In this document: positions 30,122 through 40,142 of the stretch, in pieces | How the letters are laid out: each line of letters begins with the position of its first letter | Position numbering within the stretch: position 1 is the first letter of the stretch | Virus record (IMG/VR): IMGVR_UViG_3300016665_000348 | Location: 1-62,237 of that record | DNA from: a virus | Taxonomy: Duplodnaviria > Caudoviricetes | Direction: 5' to 3' (one strand) | DNA: 62,237 bases | Notes under the pieces: model-generated | The model's input: only the letters and a program-made list of their open reading frames with translations | Databases searched by the model: none | Told to the model about the DNA's origin: nothing | Program-made: the position numbers and the translations under genes

Positions 30122-32674
30122 ATGAACAAGCTGTCAACAACTTCCATTCAGAAACTTATTAATGAAGTGGCGAAGCAAGAGCTTCGCAAACCTTCTGAAG
30201 AAGATCTGTATGATGCCCTTGAACATGCCAGTTCGGTTCTGAATGACGATCAACCGCTGAGACTTGACCAATTCAAGCTCAAGTTCCTTGGCAACCTCTC
30301 CATCAAACAACTAAGTCACTATGACGATATAAGCTCCTGGTTGGACCTTACATCAGATGACAAAGGCGATTATACGTCGTTTAGAGGCCCGGAGTGGAGC
30401 GCCAGAGCAAAGACCTGGGCAAGCAAAGGAATCCCTCCTGTGGTCATTGTAAGCACAGCAAATGGCACTGTAGTTGGTGATGGCCGCGGTCGCATCAACT
30501 ATGCAAACATGATGGGTGTGAAGGTGCCAACATGGGAACTTAGTCAGGTTGGTGAGCTTGATGAAGTCAATGCGGTTGGTGCTGGTGGGATTGTAGGTGC
30601 AGGTATGGGTAATGCAGGAACAAAAACAGCAAAGAACCTACTTTGGTCCGGCAACAAACCCATCAAAGAAACGTTTTATCATGGAACGAGTTCTGCTCTT
30701 GGACTACAACCGGGAATGAAGTTGTTGCCACCAGATCAAACCGACAAAATATCAGAAAAAGGACGAAAGAAAAACCTGAACAAAGTCTTTTTCACCAAAG
30801 ATCTAGGGTCGGCTAAGATCTATGCGGGTCGAGCTATTCACCAGTTCGGTGGTGAACCTGTTGTTTTTGCGATTGAGCCAGAAGGCGAAGTAGAACAGAT
30901 CAATGCCACCCCTGGAACAACTGTTTTTATGTCACCATCAGCAAAAATATCCACAAAATTGCTGGAGAACTGGTTTTTAAGAAACCCAGAAGATAAAGTC
31001 CCAACAGAAGAACCTGGGTTTTTCTATCATGCAACAAACAGGAGTAATCTTTTGGGCATCATAGAAACAGGTTTTCTTGAAACGCATCCACCAGACTATG
31101 GAACTGATCAAGATGAATGGCCCGATGAGAGCGTTGAAAATCGCTCTTATTTTGGAACTTCTTTCCGTCATGTGGAATCTTACTTTCCAGCAGAAGGCGA
31201 ACCAGAGCTCTTAAGGGTTCCTAAAGATGCAGCAAAGTTTAAACAGGAAAGATACACCAAGGACATCTACACAACAGAAGACATTCCCGTTTCAAAACTT
31301 CAAGTTTGGTCGAAGGCACAACGTGGCTGGCAGGATCTTGGCAGCTATTCTTTGAACGAGAGTTTTGGCGGGTCAAAAAAGAAACTGCTTTTGTTGGTAC
31401 ATCCTGACATTGTTTTTGAGATGTCAACCAACAGTATGCAGTCATACTACAAAAGGATTGAAGATGAGGTTGGCCGATTCGATCATGTCATCACTCACTT
31501 GTTTTACTCCCCAGAGTTTAATCCTGAATGGTTGTCGAAAGATGTCGTACACAACAACATCTTTTCTAACTTTATGAAGATGTTGCGACGTAACTCTCAT
31601 GTTATTAAATGGGACAATCCAAGGTTTATGGCTTCGATAAAACAAGAATTGCCATACTACTTGATCGACCACCCAGGCACTACGGTTTATCTTGCTGGTG
31701 GATATAAAGATCTTTGTGTCAAAGCCACTGATGAAATGATGCGAGATAAGATCGGTTCAATCATCAAAGACACCGAAGCCTCGGTTGTGTGTTATGAACC
31801 TTTGTTGATCAAAGATAGAAACTCTATTCTTGAAAGCTTGACCAAAACTGTGGTCGAAAACGTTCTCGATAAAATGAATCAAAAACATGTCGGTGGTGCA
31901 GCTAGAAAATCGCCATATGGTGACACCTATGTTGGGTTTTCAAGCAGTTCTCAAGAAGATCAATCTGGTAGAGCCAAACAGTCTTCCATTGTAAAAAGAG
32001 TTAATAAAAACCTCAATAAAAGGCCGTATTCTTTGCATGATCCACCCTCAATGGGAATCTCAGAACGAACTCTCTATCATGGTACATTGATTGACAACGA
32101 ACAAAGCATCTCGAAACTTGGTTTGTATCCAACGGTAGGTGAGTTCGTAAAACAGATGTACTCTTATGAAATAGAAGAAATGGGAGATGTCCTTGATGAC
32201 CATTCTTTGGTCTATGCCGCTGACAAAGACTCTTTGCAAAAAACATTAAACGCTATTCGATCTCAAGTGGGTGTTAAACTTAACAAGTCGTTTAATAATG
32301 TAACCGAAGAAGACATTCGCAACCACGGACTTCTTGCAGTTATCAAAGATGGCGACACTGTTATGAAACAAGCACCCGAAGATGGTTCGCGTGAATGGGA
32401 CTATCAATTTTTAGAGCCTGGGGATTGGCACCATGACAACCTAGTTGGCGTTGATTTCTTCTTAAAAGGTTCTGCGCTTCTAAGGTTTTTTAAACGCCAT
32501 GGGCTTTCTGTCGAGTCTACAGGCAAAAAGCAACAAGAACTATTCTGGTTGGCAAAAAAAGCAAAACCAGATTGGACTGAAGATCAAATTAGAAAAGCGA
32601 TCTCTCAACTGCCAGATAACGACCTAAACAAGTTTATCGCAAACTACAAACGCCATCTTGCAAAAAACAAGTGA
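30122..32674 (+). CDS. Multidomain protein: ParB/Srx-like domain, three ADP-ribosyltransferase-like domains and a cysteine-hydrolase-like domain
   Basis: GIPPVVIV..GDGRGR; FYHGTSS..VFFT; FYHATN..SYFGT; LLLVHPD..AGGYKDLCV; LYHGTL..LVYAA. Confidence 0.6.
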   Translation: MNKLSTTSIQKLINEVAKQELRKPSEEDLYDALEHASSVLNDDQPLRLDQFKLKFLGNLSIKQLSHYDDISSWLDLTSDDKGDYTSFRGPEWSARAKTWASKGIPPVVIVSTANGTVVGDGRGRINYANMMGVKVPTWELSQVGELDEVNAVGAGGIVGAGMGNAGTKTAKNLLWSGNKPIKETFYHGTSSALGLQPGMKLLPPDQTDKISEKGRKKNLNKVFFTKDLGSAKIYAGRAIHQFGGEPVVFAIEPEGEVEQINATPGTTVFMSPSAKISTKLLENWFLRNPEDKVPTEEPGFFYHATNRSNLLGIIETGFLETHPPDYGTDQDEWPDESVENRSYFGTSFRHVESYFPAEGEPELLRVPKDAAKFKQERYTKDIYTTEDIPVSKLQVWSKAQRGWQDLGSYSLNESFGGSKKKLLLLVHPDIVFEMSTNSMQSYYKRIEDEVGRFDHVITHLFYSPEFNPEWLSKDVVHNNIFSNFMKMLRRNSHVIKWDNPRFMASIKQELPYYLIDHPGTTVYLAGGYKDLCVKATDEMMRDKIGSIIKDTEASVVCYEPLLIKDRNSILESLTKTVVENVLDKMNQKHVGGAARKSPYGDTYVGFSSSSQEDQSGRAKQSSIVKRVNKNLNKRPYSLHDPPSMGISERTLYHGTLIDNEQSISKLGLYPTVGEFVKQMYSYEIEEMGDVLDDHSLVYAADKDSLQKTLNAIRSQVGVKLNKSFNNVTEEDIRNHGLLAVIKDGDTVMKQAPEDGSREWDYQFLEPGDWHHDNLVGVDFFLKGSALLRFFKRHGLSVESTGKKQQELFWLAKKAKPDWTEDQIRKAISQLPDNDLNKFIANYKRHLAKNK

Positions 32675-32707
32675 AAACAAGCCTGTTTCCATGTTAAGCT
32701 TGTAAAC

Positions 32708-32959
32708 ATGAGTGAATCTGACAACCACGCCGAGTCCGTTACCCACGACAACACCACAGAGCCCACGCCGGTTCCCGAGGCAACACCCGTCCATAAAGAC
32801 CCCAAGTTCATTTCTGCACTTGACATTGAAAGAATTATCAAAATTCTCTCTGGTGCTGACAAAATCTCCACCGAAGAAGCTGTTGCGCGCCTAAATCGAA
32901 TGGTTGCAAAAGGCAGTTTGGTAATTGTGCCACCGTTTGGAGTTAAAAGAAAGATGTGA
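32708..32959 (+). CDS. Hypothetical protein
   Basis: 83-aa ORF directly upstream of thyA. Confidence 0.6.
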   Translation: MSESDNHAESVTHDNTTEPTPVPEATPVHKDPKFISALDIERIIKILSGADKISTEEAVARLNRMVAKGSLVIVPPFGVKRKM

Positions 32960-32962
32960 GAG

Positions 32963-33916
32963 ATGTCAAGGCATATTGATGAAATTTACAAAAAACTAGC
33001 ATTTGATGTTCTTTTTAATGGCGAATATGTCAAGAATGGAAGAACGAAGGAAGGCTATTATTCTGTTTTTGGAAGACAGATCAGAGTTGATCTTCGAAAA
33101 GGTTTTCCTGCACTGACAACAAAGAAGTTGTTCTTTAAAGGCGTTAAAGTTGAGACTTGCTGGTTTTTGCGGGGCGACACAAATGTGAAGTATCTCCACG
33201 ACCATAACGTTCATATCTGGGATGAGTGGGCAACCGCAGAACAAACAGCAAAGTTTGGAAGACCAGAAGGCGAACTTGGACCTGTATATGGCAAACAGTG
33301 GAGATTCTACGGAGCAAACGAACCACCATTTACTGATTTCAAAACGGTAAATGAAGAGTATGCAAATCTTTGCAGTTCCAGATGGAACTGGAGAAATACA
33401 TTGGATGAGCAACGAAAAAAAGGTTTCATTGTACAGGGTGTTGACCAAATACAAAATGTTATTGATCAGATCAAGACATCTCCTATGTCAAGGCGTCTAA
33501 TAGTCAATGGTTGGAATCCAATGGAGTGTGATAAGGTTGCGCTTCCGCCTTGTCACACCTTGTTTCAATTCAAGGTTTCTCATGGTGGCACAAGGTTGAA
33601 CTGCCAACTCTATCAAAGAAGTGCTGACATCTTTCTTGGGGTTCCATTTAACATTGCATCATATGCATTGCTGACTCACATGATTGCTCAAGTGACTGGC
33701 TTGGAAGTTGGTGAGTTTATTCATACTTTTGGAGATTTGCATCTCTACGAGAATCATGTAGTGCAGATTCAAGAACAACTCTCCAGAGAACCAAAGCCAC
33801 TAGCCAAACTATGGTTGAACCCAGAGATCAAAAACATCAACAACTTTACACCAGATGACATCGAGTTGATTGACTATGAAAGTCACCCTGCAATTAAAGG
33901 TGCAGTAGCTATATGA
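32963..33916 (+). CDS. thyA: Thymidylate synthase
   Basis: [51 protein letters not shown]. Confidence 0.97.
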   Translation: MSRHIDEIYKKLAFDVLFNGEYVKNGRTKEGYYSVFGRQIRVDLRKGFPALTTKKLFFKGVKVETCWFLRGDTNVKYLHDHNVHIWDEWATAEQTAKFGRPEGELGPVYGKQWRFYGANEPPFTDFKTVNEEYANLCSSRWNWRNTLDEQRKKGFIVQGVDQIQNVIDQIKTSPMSRRLIVNGWNPMECDKVALPPCHTLFQFKVSHGGTRLNCQLYQRSADIFLGVPFNIASYALLTHMIAQVTGLEVGEFIHTFGDLHLYENHVVQIQEQLSREPKPLAKLWLNPEIKNINNFTPDDIELIDYESHPAIKGAVAI

Positions 33917-34218
33917 GTGACAGAACATCCCCGGTTCGCAATGATATCATTGTTTTTGGTCAATTAAGCAATGAGCTTATTTGGATTAAGTTTGCAGATA
34001 TTGAGAACCTAGAAATATTACAAGAATACAAAGAGTTCAGTCAGAAGTTAATCGCAAGGAACACAACAATTGGAGAAATGACTTCACACTTGGAAAAATG
34101 GTACGATAGACCAAAGGGATGGTTTATTGATTCTTTCATAAACAATGCTTTTATGGGAGCGTTGGATACTGTATCCAATAAAATCTGCGGAAAGCCTTTT
34201 TCGAAGGTTACGGTGTGA
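33913..34218 (+). CDS. Hypothetical protein
   Basis: 101 aa; ATGA overlap with thyA. Confidence 0.6.
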   Translation: MSDRTSPVRNDIIVFGQLSNELIWIKFADIENLEILQEYKEFSQKLIARNTTIGEMTSHLEKWYDRPKGWFIDSFINNAFMGALDTVSNKICGKPFSKVTV

Positions 34219-34322
34219 AAACCGCCAACTGCCTTGCAGTTGAAATGTTGGCATGGGCTGCATTTGTGGCTGAGAAGTATGACGCTAAAGAAGAACCTGA
34301 AATTTATTCGGAAGTTTCATGA
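34215..34322 (+). CDS. Small hypothetical protein (35 aa)
   Basis: GTGA and ATGA overlaps with both neighbours; fills the gap. Confidence 0.4.
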   Translation: MKTANCLAVEMLAWAAFVAEKYDAKEEPEIYSEVS

Positions 34323-34603
34323 CAAATCCATCAAAACTTGATTCTTTGGATGCAATATCATCTGATGATTGGTCAAAATTTTTAACTCTTGCTGAGTATA
34401 GAGTTTGGTCTGTGATACATCCCCAAATAAAGGCAAAAAGAATTCAAAAAATCATTCAAACTATTATTGAGGGGTTGCCCCAAAACCTACAAGCTGTTGG
34501 AAAAGAGTTGGCATTTCCTGAACATAGTATTTTCTTTTCAGAAGCAGAACAAAAGTTAATAGATGACTTTTGCAGAAAAGCTGGCCAAAACATTAGAGGG
34601 TAA
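34319..34603 (+). CDS. Hypothetical protein
   Basis: 94-aa ORF in a tightly packed run. Confidence 0.6.
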   Translation: MTNPSKLDSLDAISSDDWSKFLTLAEYRVWSVIHPQIKAKRIQKIIQTIIEGLPQNLQAVGKELAFPEHSIFFSEAEQKLIDDFCRKAGQNIRG

Positions 34604-34604
34604 T

Positions 34605-34931
34605 ATGAAAATCTCACTTACAGAAACAGATGAGTTGCCACCAACTCATCTGATGGTTTGGTTTGGACACATTTTCCCATTTGGACATTTGGTTTCTTGG
34701 CTTTGTGTTAACAAAACCAACATTGAATTGACGGATCATGTTTATAGTCAAGAAGACTTTGACAAGATTCCGCAAGAAGGTTATATTGATACAGCCAACT
34801 TGAAAAACATACGATCAGAGTGTTTTCCATGTCGCAGTTATTTGGTTACGATTCCTGCTTCAAATGGCAACTGTAAGATAGCTGGTTTGGTTCCTGATAG
34901 TGAATTGAAGCGTGTAGGGTTTGAATTGTAA
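34605..34931 (+). CDS. Hypothetical protein
   Basis: ATG at 34605, immediately after the previous stop. Confidence 0.6.
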   Translation: MKISLTETDELPPTHLMVWFGHIFPFGHLVSWLCVNKTNIELTDHVYSQEDFDKIPQEGYIDTANLKNIRSECFPCRSYLVTIPASNGNCKIAGLVPDSELKRVGFEL

Positions 34932-34984
34932 GCCAAAACCCCGCATTGGGTTTATTCTAGTTATTTAGATGATAGGATGAAAAT

Positions 34985-35224
34985 ATGAACGGAAACACAA
35001 TAAGACTAGCGCGGGACTTCTACGTCAGAAGACTGATCGAACTAAACCCTGTTTTGTTGGTCACACCAGCAAAGCTTGTAGAGTTGAACAGACAAGCACA
35101 AGGGCTTAGAAATGGTATGAGAGCAACCGAGAGCAACCCTGTTTGGAAATTGCAAGTCAGAGTGGAAGCAGATGGATCGTCACCCACAAGGTTTGAAGTT
35201 ATCTTGGAAGACCCTGAGCCATGA
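34985..35224 (+). CDS. Hypothetical protein
   Basis: 79 aa; AGGA Shine-Dalgarno and TATTTA upstream. Confidence 0.6.
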   Translation: MNGNTIRLARDFYVRRLIELNPVLLVTPAKLVELNRQAQGLRNGMRATESNPVWKLQVRVEADGSSPTRFEVILEDPEP

Positions 35225-35352
35225 CCGAAGACCAGATCTATGAAGAAATTCGCCGTCGCAAAGAGCAGCAGCTAAAAAAAGCTGATAACAGAATCACTAT
35301 TGGAATTTTCATTCTAGTTGCCTTTTTTTCGTTGATTTTACTTGCAAAGTAA
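35221..35352 (+). CDS. Small membrane protein (43 aa)
   Basis: Manual translation MTEDQIYEEIRRRKEQQLKKADNRITIGIFILVAFFSLILLAK; ATGA overlap; C-terminal hydrophobic helix. Confidence 0.6.
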   Translation: MTEDQIYEEIRRRKEQQLKKADNRITIGIFILVAFFSLILLAK

Positions 35353-35366
35353 GCTATCATACCCAC

Positions 35367-35567
35367 ATGACGGCAAAATACAAATGGGTCCGACCGATTA
35401 TCATCACCCATCCAGTAATAGCACACAATGATGTTGTGCAAGTTCTAAACAGGACACACTCAAAAATAATTGAAGATGGCAATTACATTGAATATGCCAA
35501 GGTTTCTTTGATTATGACAAGCAACAACTTTCAAGAAGAGCCAAGTTTACAGACAAAGCCTGCATAA
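35367..35567 (+). CDS. Hypothetical protein
   Basis: 66-aa ORF filling the gap. Confidence 0.45.
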   Translation: MTAKYKWVRPIIITHPVIAHNDVVQVLNRTHSKIIEDGNYIEYAKVSLIMTSNNFQEEPSLQTKPA

Positions 35568-35615
35568 ATTGGCAATTCCGTTTCAACCCCCGCCCAAGTT
35601 TGATATCTTGAGTTT

Positions 35616-36638
35616 ATGAGAAATTTCTACGAGCTTTTAAATGTAAGCCCCCGCGCATCCAACGATGTAATCAAAGCAGCTTTCAAAGTTTTGGCTTTGA
35701 AATACCATCCAGATCGTCCTAATGGCAATCTAGATGTATATAAAGACCTAGACCTAGCCAGAGAGACTCTTCTTGATCCAAACAAGCGTAAACTTTACAA
35801 CCAAGGGTTAAACCTAGCAGGTAAAAAGTATATTGGTTCTTGGGAGGTTCTAAAGTTTCTCGCAGAAGGAGCCATGGGCCGAACTTATATCGTTCGCCAT
35901 CTCTTGACAAAAAAGCTTGCTGTCCTAAAGGCATGTCTTGAAGTCAGCCCAGAGCATGAAGAGATCATGCTCAATGAGGCAAGGGCCATCTGGGATATTC
36001 GACACTATGCTTTCCCAGGAATTAGAGACGTTATCAAACTTGATGATGGCGCTCTTGCTATTGTCATGTCATATGTTCCAGGGCCAACCCTGGAACAAGC
36101 AGTGAAGCATCTTGGCGGAATTGATCCTGAACATGTTGGTTGGATTTTCGAAAGATTGCTTGCTGGGTTAAACTACCTCCATGCAAACGGTGTCATTCAT
36201 GGAGACATCAAACCACAGAACATCATTCTTCAGCCTGAAAACCACGGTGCTGTGATGATTGACTTTGGTTTAGCGATGGTAAAACCTGTCAAAACAGACA
36301 TGAACATTGGTTATACTGCTCACTTTTCACCACCCGAGCAACTTTCTGTAGATCGAAAACCACTGATCCCAGAAAGCGATCTCTATTCGCTTGGAATGAC
36401 CATGATTTATGCGCTCACTGGCGATCTCACAAAAAGAACCGATGGTTCCATGAAGAAGATTCCAGAACCAATGCGCAACTTCTTGATGTCTTTGACACAT
36501 CCTGACATTTTCAAACGTCCAAATTGGTCACAGCCACTTCTTGAAGATATCAGCAATGTCAGAAAAGAGTGTTTTGGCTCCAGAAATACCAAAGCCAAGG
36601 TTTTTCCTGCCGTCCCATGTGATATCATCAAAGAATGA
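35616..36638 (+). CDS. DnaJ J-domain fused to a Hanks-type Ser/Thr protein kinase
   Basis: NFYELLNV...KYHPDR J-domain; AEGAMGRTY, VLK, HGDIKPQN, DFG, PPE, SDLYSLG. Confidence 0.9.
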   Translation: MRNFYELLNVSPRASNDVIKAAFKVLALKYHPDRPNGNLDVYKDLDLARETLLDPNKRKLYNQGLNLAGKKYIGSWEVLKFLAEGAMGRTYIVRHLLTKKLAVLKACLEVSPEHEEIMLNEARAIWDIRHYAFPGIRDVIKLDDGALAIVMSYVPGPTLEQAVKHLGGIDPEHVGWIFERLLAGLNYLHANGVIHGDIKPQNIILQPENHGAVMIDFGLAMVKPVKTDMNIGYTAHFSPPEQLSVDRKPLIPESDLYSLGMTMIYALTGDLTKRTDGSMKKIPEPMRNFLMSLTHPDIFKRPNWSQPLLEDISNVRKECFGSRNTKAKVFPAVPCDIIKE

Positions 36639-36859
36639 TCAAACCTAATTCTTTAGTAATCTTTGATCCCGCGTTTACAGAAGAAGAATGGATTAACGGC
36701 TGGGAAAAAGCTTTTCCTTTTAAGAGAGGAGAAACTCTGGTTTGTCTTGGAGAGATAAGACAAATGCCAAACCACTGTATTGTTGTTAATAGTAAGGGTA
36801 AGGTTTTTTGGGGATTTGATTCTGGGCACTTTCGCTATCCAAAAAAAGAAGAGATTTGA
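36635..36859 (+). CDS. Hypothetical protein
   Basis: 74 aa; ATGA overlap with the kinase gene. Confidence 0.6.
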   Translation: MIKPNSLVIFDPAFTEEEWINGWEKAFPFKRGETLVCLGEIRQMPNHCIVVNSKGKVFWGFDSGHFRYPKKEEI

Positions 36860-36865
36860 GGAACA

Positions 36866-37825
36866 ATGAGTGAGTCTGCTGATTATACACGAACATCATG
36901 GGTTGCAACCCATGACTTTTCTGCTGCACGTTCTTCGTATACATCTTCTGTTGTCAACAGAAGTTATGCAAGAGCAACCACCAACAGAGTGGCAGCTAAA
37001 GACCTTGTAAAAACAAACATTCGAATTGACACTCCAACACTTATCATTGTTTCTGACGTAACAGGATCAATGGGTGTTTGGCCCGCAGTCATGTTCGGGA
37101 AGTTGCCATATCTCATGCATGAGCTTAAAACCTATTTGGGTGAAAACGCCAAGTTGCTCATTGCTGCTGTGGGAGATGCTGTTTCAGACAACTATCCGCT
37201 TCAGATACAGGAAGCCAAAGAAACTTTTGATGAAGCAAAAACTGCTCTTGAAGCTTTGGTGATTGAAGGCAATGGTGGTGGGACCAAGAAGGAAAGTTAT
37301 GAGCTTGCTGCTGGTTACTTCTTGAATGCTGTTGATGTTGCAAGGAATGTTAAACCAATTCTTGTGTTCATTGGAGATGAGTCTCCTTACCCCAAGTTCA
37401 AGGCAAGTCAGCTTGCATCGCTTGGCATCGACAATGTTGAGGATATGGACACCCAAGAGTTGTTTAGAAAGCTAAACGAGATCTATGATGTTCATTTGAT
37501 CCATAAGCCATACAGCAACTATGAGAACTCTGTAGTAACAGAGCAAGTAAAGGCTTCCTGGCTCCCATTGCTGCCACCACAGCACATTCACCCACTCAAA
37601 GAGCCTGAGAGGGTTGTAGATACTCTGTTCGGCATCCTGGCGGGCTCTACGGAGAAGGTTGAGCAGTTCACAAGAGAGCTACTCAGTCGTCAAACACCAG
37701 AACAGGTAAAAACCGTTCTTACGACTCTGAACGGTTATCTTGGAACTGTAGCCAATTCTTCTCGTTCTGGGAAAAGTACGATGCACAAACTTGGTTCTGG
37801 TAAACCAAGCCGTCCTCTGCTATAA
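36866..37825 (+). CDS. von Willebrand factor A (vWA) domain protein
   Basis: MIDAS-like SDVTGSM, AVGD, GNGGG..ESYELA, FIGDE. Confidence 0.8.
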   Translation: MSESADYTRTSWVATHDFSAARSSYTSSVVNRSYARATTNRVAAKDLVKTNIRIDTPTLIIVSDVTGSMGVWPAVMFGKLPYLMHELKTYLGENAKLLIAAVGDAVSDNYPLQIQEAKETFDEAKTALEALVIEGNGGGTKKESYELAAGYFLNAVDVARNVKPILVFIGDESPYPKFKASQLASLGIDNVEDMDTQELFRKLNEIYDVHLIHKPYSNYENSVVTEQVKASWLPLLPPQHIHPLKEPERVVDTLFGILAGSTEKVEQFTRELLSRQTPEQVKTVLTTLNGYLGTVANSSRSGKSTMHKLGSGKPSRPLL

Positions 37826-37918
37826 CACTTTCATGTCATTCACCAACAACACAGGTGCCAGTTTGTTTTCCATGCAAGCGATCAAGGAAGCAAACCGCAA
37901 CTCTGGAGAAATTGAACT

Positions 37919-38839
37919 GTGTCAAAGTTGAACCTTCACATCACTTGCGTTCCAGCAGATCCACACTTTGCCGAATTCTGTTCTGATCCCAACGTTGCTG
38001 GGATCAGGATGAATGGTCTGCTGTTCAAAAACAGCAATCTTGGAGAGCAGCTATCAATGATCCCAAGAGGAGCAAACGTTCCTCTTTGGTTTGATGCAAA
38101 GGGTAGACAGCCTCGTGTAGAGGAAGCAATCTACTACAACGACCATCTTGAACTTGTGATGAACCACAAGTTTACTCGAATGACATTGCCTCATCCAATC
38201 ATTTTCAAGGCTGGCAATGATTGGGCAATGATTGATAAGATTGACGGTAAACGATTGATCTTGCGAGCCGATGGCTATCCAAAGTATCGAGTGAAACCAG
38301 GGGACTCCGTTCATTTCAGAAATGCAAACATTCGAATTGATGGTCCGCTTTTCACAGATGACGAAAAAAGCAAAATTGAACAAGCTGTAAAAGCTGGTGC
38401 TCGTCATTGGTATCTTTCATATGCAGAAAGACCAAGCGATGTTGAAGAATTTCGAGAGTTGATTGGACCTAACGCTGAGTTGGTTCTGAAGATTGAAAGC
38501 AAGGCAGGTCTTAAACTTGTTTCCATGCTTCCCTCTCCCGACCTCACAGGGTTCAGGCTTGCATGTGCTCGTGGTGATCTTTTTGTTGAAGTTAACCAAC
38601 CTCACGAGATTGTGGAAGCTCAAAAGTTCATCGTTGAAAGAGATCCCGATGCAATCGTTGGTTCTCGAATGCTTCTTTCGTTATTCAACGACAACGTTCC
38701 AAGCTGTTCGGATATCAACGAACTAGCATTCTTGAAGAGTATGGGCTATAAAAACTTTCTTCTATGTGATGACCTTTGCAAGAATGGCCCTGCACTTCAT
38801 AGAGCCGTTGACACATTCACAGCTTTGAAGAAGTTTTAA
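37919..38839 (+). CDS. Pyruvate kinase-like protein (barrel and lid, no C-terminal regulatory domain)
   Basis: IRMN, FDAKGRQPR, LSYAE...DV, KIESKAG, ARGDLFVE, RMLLSL..VPSCSD. Confidence 0.75.
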   Translation: MSKLNLHITCVPADPHFAEFCSDPNVAGIRMNGLLFKNSNLGEQLSMIPRGANVPLWFDAKGRQPRVEEAIYYNDHLELVMNHKFTRMTLPHPIIFKAGNDWAMIDKIDGKRLILRADGYPKYRVKPGDSVHFRNANIRIDGPLFTDDEKSKIEQAVKAGARHWYLSYAERPSDVEEFRELIGPNAELVLKIESKAGLKLVSMLPSPDLTGFRLACARGDLFVEVNQPHEIVEAQKFIVERDPDAIVGSRMLLSLFNDNVPSCSDINELAFLKSMGYKNFLLCDDLCKNGPALHRAVDTFTALKKF

Positions 38840-39486
38840 CTTCCAAGGTCAAGGATTACCAACTCGCCCGTTGAAGCGCGAATCCCCCAATTTTCATAAT
38901 GTAAATCAGAAGCATCAGCTTTGCAGGTTGATAATGCGTTTATCAACCCAGCAAACCATGAATTCGACTGATACAACCACTCAAACAATTCATTAAACAC
39001 ATGTTGGTCAAATTGGTTGCCAAGTAAGTCTGCAAACCAGATGCTAGGATCTTCTTTGGAGTGGATAACTTTTAAAGTGCTAAAGTACAAAAAGTTTTTT
39101 GCTTCGGCAGCATCATAAAACTGATGGTTCAGGTTTTTCCTCAGTTCATCGAGGAAGTCATTCTCGTCTAGAATCATAGCTTTTTCTTGAATGATCCAAT
39201 GAAACTCAGGATCAAAGTCAAGCACTTGACAAGCATAGTTTTTCATACATCTGGTGTTTTTAAGTTCTCGTTTGTTCTGGTTGCGAACATTAGTCAGTTT
39301 AATCACTTTATCAAAATCAATAATCCAGACTTCTCTGTATAGGCCATTTGAGCTTGGCATTCCCAAGCTGGCAACTAAGAATTCTCTTATTGAGTCAAAG
39401 TCTTTTAAGGTTTTTAGTTCTTGAACAGAGAAAGACTTTTTCTTTTCTTCTTTTAGCCAAGAGACAAACTGTTTAAGTGTTTTCAT
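38836..39486 (-). CDS. Minimal protein-kinase-like protein (paralog family)
   Basis: Leader MKTLKQFVSWLKEE; NGLYREVW, VIK, NKRE, WIIQEK, SDLHYENWG, VILDLGS. Confidence 0.8.
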   Translation of the reverse strand: MKTLKQFVSWLKEEKKKSFSVQELKTLKDFDSIREFLVASLGMPSSNGLYREVWIIDFDKVIKLTNVRNQNKRELKNTRCMKNYACQVLDFDPEFHWIIQEKAMILDENDFLDELRKNLNHQFYDAAEAKNFLYFSTLKVIHSKEDPSIWFADLLGNQFDQHVFNELFEWLYQSNSWFAGLINALSTCKADASDLHYENWGIRASTGELVILDLGS

Positions 39487-39487
39487 G

Positions 39488-40141
39488 TTAAAATCCCAAG
39501 TCAATAATCACCAACTGACCTGTTGATGTTCTAAAGCCCCAATTGTTAGTGCCAAAGTCATCTGACCCAACATTGCATTGTTTGAGTCCTTCAATCAGTT
39601 CACGAAACCAACCTGAGACTTTAAGCCAATGGCGCGCAGCCTTCAGTTTGTTTTCAAAAACATAGTCATCTCTATACCTCGAAACAGTTCTCCCAGATTG
39701 GGCGATCTCAATGGTATGTTGAATGTCCAGATCGTTAAAATATGGATAGGCAGATTTGTCTATTCCTAGATTGCTAAAGAATGCAGACACAAAACTGTCA
39801 TCGTCCAACAGTTCTGCTCTTTCTTCTATAAGCCACCAAAACTCAGGGTGATGTTTATACACATCGACTGCGAACTTTTTCCCAAGGCACTTTGAATGAG
39901 CAACTTCTCTTTTGTTGTGCTCTATTCCTTCAATCATTGTAGCTATCTTAAGCACTTTGGAATCGGTTAAAGCAAAAGTTGCTCGAAAGCTTCCCGTTCC
40001 GATCACTCTCATTTTTGTTTTCACCAGGTATTGAATCGCTTTAACTCGATCTTCTATTGCTGAGAAAGTTTCAAAGCTGAACTGGTTTGATAGCTCTTGC
40101 TCTTCTTTAAGCCAAGATGTGAACTGTTTCAATGTTTTCAT
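39488..40141 (-). CDS. Minimal protein-kinase-like protein (paralog family)
   Basis: Leader MKTLKQFTSWLKEE; GTGSFRAT, VLK, HNKRE, DDFGTNNWG, VIIDLGF. Confidence 0.8.
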   Translation of the reverse strand: MKTLKQFTSWLKEEQELSNQFSFETFSAIEDRVKAIQYLVKTKMRVIGTGSFRATFALTDSKVLKIATMIEGIEHNKREVAHSKCLGKKFAVDVYKHHPEFWWLIEERAELLDDDSFVSAFFSNLGIDKSAYPYFNDLDIQHTIEIAQSGRTVSRYRDDYVFENKLKAARHWLKVSGWFRELIEGLKQCNVGSDDFGTNNWGFRTSTGQLVIIDLGF

Positions 40142-40142
40142 G

